Positions 57,273 to 64,000 of a stretch of DNA of 64,000 nucleotides are shown in pieces. The first letter of the stretch is position 1. Every line of letters starts with the position of its first letter. The notes under the pieces were generated by a model. The model saw nothing but the letters and a program-made list of their open reading frames with translations, was not told where the DNA came from and made no database searches. A program made the position numbers and the translations under genes. The stretch is from Limisphaerales bacterium. Lineage in GTDB: Bacteria; Patescibacteriota; Microgenomatia; UBA1400; PJMF01. The stretch covers positions 36,554 through 100,553 of the forward strand of contig JBILGT010000002.1 of the NCBI GenBank assembly GCA_044350895.1, given 5' to 3'.

Positions 57273-59336
57273 ATGCCCGCTCCATTACCGAAACCTGCCA
57301 CACCACCAGCTCCTAAACCAGTTGCTCCTGCAAACATGGCACCTCCTGCAATACCTCCACAGCAACCACCACAAGTTTCTGGTGTAAAAAATGTGAGTCC
57401 TACTAGTCCTGTTGCAGGCCGTACTTCAATTCCTCCTGCTCGACCAGTTGTTCAACAGCCACCAGCTGTGGTAAAACCACCTCAGCCAGCTGCTCCTGTT
57501 GTCACTCAACCCACTACTGTTCCAACTCCAGTTGCACCTTCAATGCAATCTCAAGCTCAGAAGCAAGTTTTTCCCACAAACATGGCCCCTCCAGCTATAC
57601 CACAACAACAATCACCACAGATTTTGGCACAACGTCCACCAGCTGCACCTGGAACTATTCCTACTCCAGCTGGATCACGACTGCCAGTACGACCAGTTGC
57701 TCCTGGAGCGCCCCAGCAACCAGTGAGAATTCAACAGCCACCGCAAACATTAACAGCACTTTCTTCAATGGCAAGTAATCGCCTCCCAACTGGTGCAGGT
57801 ACTCAAGGACCAACTACTCCTCAGACACCACCACCAAGTAAAGGAGGAACAAAAGCTACTCCCGAAATGCCACAGAAACCTACTGTGACCGCAACGCCAC
57901 AAGCTCCCAAATCTCCTCAATTTGTTGAAACTAAAAAATCACCACTCAGATTTTTGCCAATAATTGGTGGTGTGATTCTCTTACTCTTTATCTTGGGCTT
58001 TGTTGCATTTAGATATCTCGGATTAGGTGGTAGTTCAACCTCAAGTGTTAGTAATTCTGGTACAACCCCAACTGGAGGTCAAACAGGCGGTGTTTCTGGT
58101 GGAACAACTTCAGGAACATCTGGACAAGCCGCACAACCTACAACTAAGAAAGTGACATTAGAATATTGGGGTTTGTGGGAACCATCTGAAACTATGGACT
58201 CTATTATTAAGGATTACGAGACAGCAAATCCTGGTACTACTATTAAATACAATAAACAGTCACATAAAGACTACAGAACTAGATTGCAAAATGCTTTGAC
58301 TTCAGAAAATGGTCCCGATATCTTCAGATTCCATGCTTCATGGGTGCCTATGCTGAAGCAGAATTTGGCTCCACTGCCATCCTCAGTTATGTCGGCCAAT
58401 GAATATCAATCCACCTTCTATCCTGTGGCGGTCAGTCAGCTTCAAGTGAATGGTCAACTTGTAGGTATTCCACTTATGTATGATGGAATTGTTCTGTTTT
58501 ATAACACCGATGTATTCCAAACAGCAGTGCTTGAACCACCAAAAACTTGGTCGGATTTACGTAACGCAGCAACAAAGCTTACGGTAAAAGAGGGAAGTAC
58601 TATCAAGAGAGCGGGTGTTGCTCTGGGTAATACTTCAAATGTTGAGCACTTTTCAGATGTACTTGCGGTATTGATGCTCCAAAACGGGGCAGACTTAACC
58701 AAGCCGAACTCTGCTGAAGTTCGCGATGCACTATTGTTCTATACCAACTTTATTAAAACAGATGATGTCTGGGATCCCGCACTGCCTACATCAACAGTTG
58801 CTTTTGCACGAGGTGATGTCGCGATGATGTTCGCTCCTTCCTGGAGAGCTCACGAAATTAAGTTAATGAATCCAAATCTTAAGTTTTCTACAGCGCCACT
58901 TCCACAGCTTTCTGATAAACGTGTAGCTTGGGGAACGTATTGGGCAGAAGGTGTGAACCCTAAGAGTAGTAACAAAGATGAGTCCTGGAAGTTTACAAAA
59001 TATTTAAGTTCCAAAGACGTACAGCAGAAACTATTTGCTTCACAATCTCAGACTCGTACGTTTGGAGAGCTGTATTCACGTCGTGATTTGGCAGATGTTA
59101 TGGCAAAAGATCCCCTGCTGAGTGCATTTGCTCAAGATGCACCATATGCACAGAGTTGGTATCTAAATTCATATACCCATGATGCTGGTGTAAATGATCA
59201 GTTAATTCAATACTACAGAGATGCAATTAACAGTCTCCTTGAAGGCAAACAGATGGAAGATGTTCAAAAAACACTTGATCAAGGTGTGTCTCAAGTTATT
59301 CGCCAATACGGCATTACTGCACAGCCCGCCAAGTAG
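57273..59336 (+). CDS. Sugar-type extracellular solute-binding protein with Pro-rich N-terminus and TM anchor
   Basis: LEYWGLWE, GPDIF, GIPL..D...LFYN.D.F, PPKTW, F..G.VAM, WKF.KYL. Confidence 0.85.
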   Translation: MPAPLPKPATPPAPKPVAPANMAPPAIPPQQPPQVSGVKNVSPTSPVAGRTSIPPARPVVQQPPAVVKPPQPAAPVVTQPTTVPTPVAPSMQSQAQKQVFPTNMAPPAIPQQQSPQILAQRPPAAPGTIPTPAGSRLPVRPVAPGAPQQPVRIQQPPQTLTALSSMASNRLPTGAGTQGPTTPQTPPPSKGGTKATPEMPQKPTVTATPQAPKSPQFVETKKSPLRFLPIIGGVILLLFILGFVAFRYLGLGGSSTSSVSNSGTTPTGGQTGGVSGGTTSGTSGQAAQPTTKKVTLEYWGLWEPSETMDSIIKDYETANPGTTIKYNKQSHKDYRTRLQNALTSENGPDIFRFHASWVPMLKQNLAPLPSSVMSANEYQSTFYPVAVSQLQVNGQLVGIPLMYDGIVLFYNTDVFQTAVLEPPKTWSDLRNAATKLTVKEGSTIKRAGVALGNTSNVEHFSDVLAVLMLQNGADLTKPNSAEVRDALLFYTNFIKTDDVWDPALPTSTVAFARGDVAMMFAPSWRAHEIKLMNPNLKFSTAPLPQLSDKRVAWGTYWAEGVNPKSSNKDESWKFTKYLSSKDVQQKLFASQSQTRTFGELYSRRDLADVMAKDPLLSAFAQDAPYAQSWYLNSYTHDAGVNDQLIQYYRDAINSLLEGKQMEDVQKTLDQGVSQVIRQYGITAQPAK

Positions 59337-59389
59337 CATGCCACTTTTCCCAAAGCGAGATGCTCGTGTTCTGAGTATAATCCAGCTAC

Positions 59390-60265
59390 ATGAAATCACT
59401 TGAATATAGACTATTCCTGACGCTCGCCTATACAGCGCAATTCTCATACCCACTTTCCGCAGTGCAACTATTTAAACGTTGTGTTGGTAAGAAGCAAATA
59501 ACAGTGTCTGAATTTATAGCAACACTTGAGCACATGATTGATGCCCAACGAATTAGATACTCAAATGGTTACTTTTTCCTACCTGGAAATGAACATCACA
59601 TTCAGATTCGCGAGCGACGAATGTTGGCATCCCAAAAAAAATATGGGGAATTAAAAATTCTGCTAAAGTTTTTACAAAAAATCCCCTGGGTGATTGGAGT
59701 GGCAATCACTGGTTCAGCCGCTATGCAAAATGCTGAGTCTGAAGATGATATCGATATTTTGCTCGTGACGATGAATAATCGGTTGTGGTTGGTACGACCG
59801 CTTGTGATCTTTTTTGCTTTTTTGCAAGGAAAGCGAAGAACCTGGTCAAGTGAAGAAGAGAATAGCTGGTGTTTTAATTTGTGGTTAGAACCTCGCACCC
59901 TTGCGCAACCAAAGCCAAGTCACTCGTTGTATGTGGCATATGAAGTTTGCCAGACTGACTGGGTACTTAATAGATCCCACACAAAAGAGATTTTCTTTGC
60001 AATAAACAGCTGGGTACAACACTACTTGCCGCAATATTATCCAAAACCTTCAATCATTTCAATTCCGCAACAGCACCCAACGGTTACCTTGTTCTCAGTA
60101 TTACTCACAATACTTAACTACATTGCCTATGGGGTACAGCGAGTGTATATGCATGCTCATATGACTCGTGAGCGAGTCTCACTTGGGGCTGCGTTTTTTC
60201 ACCCTCGAGACACTCAGTCGATGATTTCTCGAGGTATGCGTGATATAGTTGGTAAACTCACATAA
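59390..60265 (+). CDS. Pol-beta-like nucleotidyltransferase-domain protein
   Basis: ITGSAAMQNAESEDDIDILLV (GS..DxD); FCFN-like WCFNLW; AFFHP. Confidence 0.65.
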   Translation: MKSLEYRLFLTLAYTAQFSYPLSAVQLFKRCVGKKQITVSEFIATLEHMIDAQRIRYSNGYFFLPGNEHHIQIRERRMLASQKKYGELKILLKFLQKIPWVIGVAITGSAAMQNAESEDDIDILLVTMNNRLWLVRPLVIFFAFLQGKRRTWSSEEENSWCFNLWLEPRTLAQPKPSHSLYVAYEVCQTDWVLNRSHTKEIFFAINSWVQHYLPQYYPKPSIISIPQQHPTVTLFSVLLTILNYIAYGVQRVYMHAHMTRERVSLGAAFFHPRDTQSMISRGMRDIVGKLT

Positions 60266-60283
60266 TTACTCTCAGGAAATTGC

Positions 60284-60724
60284 ATGCCCAAAGATATAGT
60301 TTTAGCGACAGGTGTTTTTGATATCTTGCATGACGAACATCGTAGCTTTTTGCGAAAAGCAAAAGCCTTGGGAGGAAAACTGATAGTTGGTATTGAATCT
60401 GATGTTCGCGTTCGACAACTGAAAGGGCCAACTCGTCCCATTCATCCACAATCACTTAGAAAAGAAAATCTAGAAAAACTTGGCTTCATTGATGAAGTTT
60501 TTGTGCTACCCGATGCATTTAGTGAAAAAGAGCAGCATCGAGCATTACTAGCAACAATTCATCCTACGATTTTAGCTGTTTCTGAAAACACACCATTTAT
60601 TGAGTCCAAGCAACAGTTGATGCAAGAAATTGGTGGTAGAGTAGTGATAGTACATAAACACAACCCTGCTATTTCAACATCAAAAATACTAGCAGAACAT
60701 GCTGCTCAAAATACAGCTCCATAA
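60284..60724 (+). CDS. Cytidylyltransferase-family nucleotidyltransferase (RibL FAD synthase / TagD / RfaE-II-like)
   Basis: ATGVFDILHDEH, LIVGIESD...KGPTRP, ISTSKI. Confidence 0.8.
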   Translation: MPKDIVLATGVFDILHDEHRSFLRKAKALGGKLIVGIESDVRVRQLKGPTRPIHPQSLRKENLEKLGFIDEVFVLPDAFSEKEQHRALLATIHPTILAVSENTPFIESKQQLMQEIGGRVVIVHKHNPAISTSKILAEHAAQNTAP

Positions 60725-60727
60725 TCT

Positions 60728-62110
60728 ATGGCAAAAACAAAAACACAATACGTCTGTCAAAACTGTGGTCAGTCATATCCTCGCTGGACTGGTCAGTGTC
60801 CCAGCTGTAGCCAATGGAACACGTTGGTTGAGGAAGTAGTCGAATCCAAAAAAGCTGGCCTTCGTCCTGTCGCAACACCCGCTGTGGGTATGACTTTTAC
60901 TCAAGTCGACCGCGTAAAAGACGTAAAATCACGGTTTCCCACCGGCATTGGAGAGTTAGACCGTGTTTTGGGCGGAGAAAAAGAGAAGTTGGGAATGGTG
61001 GCTGGTGCTGTGATGCTGATTGGTGGAGAACCAGGAATTGGAAAATCAACACTCCTCACACAAGTTGTGTTGGAGCGATTGCTCACAACTGCAAAAGATG
61101 CTCACATTCAGCCAATTATCTATGTTTGTGGCGAGGAAAGCCCAAGTCAAATAACGCTACGTATCAATAGAATACTTGAACAAGAAACAAAAAAATTTGG
61201 CAACAGAAATATCCTTGATAATCTTATTTTTATCCCTAATACCGACGTTGACCAGGTGGTTGCTGCTTTAGAAACAGCCAAGCCGCAACTGGCTATCATC
61301 GACAGTATTCAGACAATGACAACACAAGACTTGACTGGAGTTTCAGGAAGTGTCGGACAAGTTCGTGAATCAACGGAGCGCTTAACACATGCTGCGAAGC
61401 GCGGTAACTTTCCATTGTTCTTAGTGGGGCATGTTACCAAAGAGGGGGAGCTTGCAGGGCCAAAGGTGCTTGAACACATTGTTGATGCAGTTTTAGAATT
61501 AAGTGGCGAAAGAACAAACGATTTGAGAATAGTAAGAGCTATTAAAAACCGCTTTGGTGCAACCGATGAAGTGGGTGTGCTGCAACTTGGGGAGTCCGGT
61601 TTTATTTCTGTTGCCAACCCAAGTAGTTTATTCCTTGAACATCAAACACAACCCGTTGCAGGTTCAGCCACAGTCTGTGTTTTAGAAGGAACAAGGCCAC
61701 TATTACTTGAGGTACAAGCGCTTGCTGTTCGTTCACAACTGGCAATGCCACGTCGTGTAGGTAGAGGAGTAGAACTTACCCGCATCCAAGTTATTTCCGC
61801 AATATTACAGAAATATTGCCGCATGCCTTTGGATGGCTATGATTTGTTCATTAACCTAGCTGGGGGATTCAGCACAAAAGAGCCGGGTCTAGACCTTGGT
61901 ATGGCGCTGGCAATAGCAAGCTCACTTAAAAATAAGTCGTTACCACCTCAGACAGTCTGCATTGGTGAAGTGGGTCTACTCGGGGAAATACGGCAGGTTA
62001 ATCTCTTAGATAGGCGGATAAAAGAGAGTAATAGGCTTGGATTTAATACTGTTATATCAAAGAATACGCACAAAACGATACAACAAATTATTCAACAGTT
62101 CGGGTTGTAG
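60728..62110 (+). CDS. radA: DNA repair protein RadA/Sms
   Basis: C4 zinc finger CQNCG..CPSC..WN, GEPGIGKST, DSIQT, KNRFG, Lon-like C-terminus. Confidence 0.97.
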   Translation: MAKTKTQYVCQNCGQSYPRWTGQCPSCSQWNTLVEEVVESKKAGLRPVATPAVGMTFTQVDRVKDVKSRFPTGIGELDRVLGGEKEKLGMVAGAVMLIGGEPGIGKSTLLTQVVLERLLTTAKDAHIQPIIYVCGEESPSQITLRINRILEQETKKFGNRNILDNLIFIPNTDVDQVVAALETAKPQLAIIDSIQTMTTQDLTGVSGSVGQVRESTERLTHAAKRGNFPLFLVGHVTKEGELAGPKVLEHIVDAVLELSGERTNDLRIVRAIKNRFGATDEVGVLQLGESGFISVANPSSLFLEHQTQPVAGSATVCVLEGTRPLLLEVQALAVRSQLAMPRRVGRGVELTRIQVISAILQKYCRMPLDGYDLFINLAGGFSTKEPGLDLGMALAIASSLKNKSLPPQTVCIGEVGLLGEIRQVNLLDRRIKESNRLGFNTVISKNTHKTIQQIIQQFGL

Positions 62111-62203
62111 TCACCTTAAAATTATTGGATTGAATGCGGCAATAATCGCCAAAAATCTCAATACGAATGAAACACGAACGTTTAATTATCTCTTTGGAGG
62201 AGT

Positions 62204-64000
62204 TTATTTTTTGGAACGAGCGTAGCGCTCACTACTGGCTTTGACGACTTTATCTTTATTCATATTGCTACTCTTAGCGAGTGGCAATGTCTCAGCCGGG
62301 AAGGGATCACAAATTTGATTATCGATAGAAAGTTTGCTGATAATTTGATGACGGTTGAGTGAAACCAAGTCGTCAGGAGTGAACTGGCTGCCAAATTCTT
62401 TACTAAATACATTAGAATCTTCTGCGCCAAGAACAAAACTCAAAATACTTCCGCAGTTGCCAAAGATTGCTTTCTGCACATCTTCAGGAATCTGGGCAAT
62501 ATATTGGTTGGCAAGAATAAGATTGAGTCGATATTTTCGAGCTTCAGAAAGAATTTTGCTAAATGATTCTGTAGCAAAGTTTTGGAACTCATCGACATAT
62601 AAATAGAAGTCTCGGCGTTGCTCTTCAGGGGTATTAACCCGAGCCATTGCCGCCAACTGAATTTTTGTAATTAACATTGCACCAAGCAGTGTGGCATTAT
62701 CTTCACCGAGTTTTCCTTGCGAAAGGTTAACAAGAATAATCTTTCCTTGATCCATAGCTTCTTCAATACTGAATGAACTTTTTCGAGCATTAACAACATC
62801 TCGAACGAGTGGAGAGGAAACAAACTGACCAACTTTATTTAAAATTGGAGCGATTGCTTCATTTCGTTGCTTTTCCTGCATTGGATCAAACTCATTGACC
62901 CAGAAATTTTTGAGAATTGGGTCATCTAGTTTTTCAACTATTTTTGAACGGAAGTTTGCATCAGTAAGCATGTCGACAATATCCGACATACGTGCAGTTT
63001 CACTTTTAAGTAATGTCAACAGCGCATTTCTTAAAATATATTCCAAGCGTGGTCCCCATGAATATGCATAGAGTTTCTTGAATACTGAAACGATTCCTGA
63101 AGCTATTAACTCTCGGTGGACGACGTTATTTCCCTCAAAAAGGTTGAGTTTGACGGTGCGCTCAGTGTCGCTGGGGTCAAAGTAAATTGTGTCGTTAATA
63201 CGATGAGAGGGAATGTAGTTTAAAAGAATATCAATCAAATCACCATGGGGATCAATAACACATAACCCCTCGTTGTTCTTTAAATCATTGATTGCCATGT
63301 TGGCAAGTAGCGTAGACTTACCGGTTCCTGTTTTTCCAATCACATACATGTGTCGGCGACGATCTTTTCGACTTAATCCATATACAGTGGGTTTGTTTTT
63401 GTAGAGTGCTCGAGCAAAAACATTAATCTCACGCTTTGCTTCAGGTGTCATATCGGCAGTGACAATAGGTAAGTCTTCAGGTGGTTCTCCCATCAATTTT
63501 TTACCCCACGCAATATTCATAATGCCAGCCAATGTCTGGTTGGGAAGGTGAAAGAGAGTGGCAAGTTCAAGTAAACTAAAATGTTGAGAACTCTTCAAAA
63601 AAGTCTCACGTTTCTTCATTGCTCGCAAAAAATGTTTGGGTAATATTCGTATTTTAGTGAGTTGAAGCGTATTGCTTTCACTATTGGTAAATGTTTGAAA
63701 TGAATGTCCAATTGTCTCAAGAAGCAGCTTGCTTCTTTCTGGAGAATCAGAACTGACTGCTAGTCTAATTATTCCAGCAAGTGATTGATGGGCTGTTTTT
63801 TTATCGATAAGTGATTGTTGTGGGTGGGGAGTTGTGCTCGTGCTAATTCCTGATTTCCATCGCTGATCTTCTTGCGAGACAGTATATTGCAATACCACTT
63901 TGTCAAATTCACCAAGTTGAGAAAGCGTGGAGAGAAGTGGTAGTAATGCGTCAGTAGAACTAAAGTCAGCGTAGGTTTTAAGAGGAAAATAGTCTCGATT
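62204..64000 (-). CDS. VirD4/TraD/TrwB-like T4SS coupling ATPase, 5'-truncated by window edge
   Basis: DRRRHMYVIGKTGTGKST, IDPHGD, WGPRLEYILR, LYVDEFQNF, SEARKY, ANQY; frame open to 64000 (YFPLKTY). Confidence 0.88.
   Translation of the reverse strand, partial: NRDYFPLKTYADFSSTDALLPLLSTLSQLGEFDKVVLQYTVSQEDQRWKSGISTSTTPHPQQSLIDKKTAHQSLAGIIRLAVSSDSPERSKLLLETIGHSFQTFTNSESNTLQLTKIRILPKHFLRAMKKRETFLKSSQHFSLLELATLFHLPNQTLAGIMNIAWGKKLMGEPPEDLPIVTADMTPEAKREINVFARALYKNKPTVYGLSRKDRRRHMYVIGKTGTGKSTLLANMAINDLKNNEGLCVIDPHGDLIDILLNYIPSHRINDTIYFDPSDTERTVKLNLFEGNNVVHRELIASGIVSVFKKLYAYSWGPRLEYILRNALLTLLKSETARMSDIVDMLTDANFRSKIVEKLDDPILKNFWVNEFDPMQEKQRNEAIAPILNKVGQFVSSPLVRDVVNARKSSFSIEEAMDQGKIILVNLSQGKLGEDNATLLGAMLITKIQLAAMARVNTPEEQRRDFYLYVDEFQNFATESFSKILSEARKYRLNLILANQYIAQIPEDVQKAIFGNCGSILSFVLGAEDSNVFSKEFGSQFTPDDLVSLNRHQIISKLSIDNQICDPFPAETLPLAKSSNMNKDKVVKASSERYARSKK

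Noticed and set aside
1-64000. tRNA/rRNA genes, IS elements, prophage, recoded stop codons
   Set aside because: None recognised by eye; intergenic gaps are short and TGA acts as a stop (rnpA, yidD). A tRNAscan/Infernal run would be needed to exclude small RNAs

Overview
Core chromosomal region around the replication origin of a bacterium that, by gene content, looks like a Patescibacteria/CPR organism (Microgenomates-like; this is an inference, not a database result). It contains dnaA-oriC-dnaN followed on the same strand by rpmH-rnpA-yidD-yidC-jag-rnhA, plus rplY, valS and radA. Around this core lies a dispersed conjugation-type (monoderm-like) type IV secretion system. It has twelve VirB2/TrbC-like pilin-domain genes (ten in one tandem array, two fused to large extracellular heads), VirB6-, PrgI-, VirB4- and VirD4-like genes, a 1613-aa membrane-anchored M23 peptidase, and a 1408-aa secreted protein with three putative glycan/peptidoglycan-active domains. 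A second, independent surface-fibre locus has two SipW peptidases, three TasA/CalY-type subunits and a TasA-like/FN3 membrane anchor; one subunit carries a second donor-strand-like motif at its C-terminus. Also present: an idi-Nudix-IPK-uppS isoprenoid cassette, a stand-alone riboflavin kinase next to an EamA transporter, an ECF sigma factor divergent from the pilin array, a ~1550-aa repeat-containing orphan, and a recurring pattern of -10 boxes 6-14 nt before start codons. No rRNA, tRNA, CRISPR, IS or prophage was seen. All family assignments come from motif recognition by eye and need HMM or structure confirmation.
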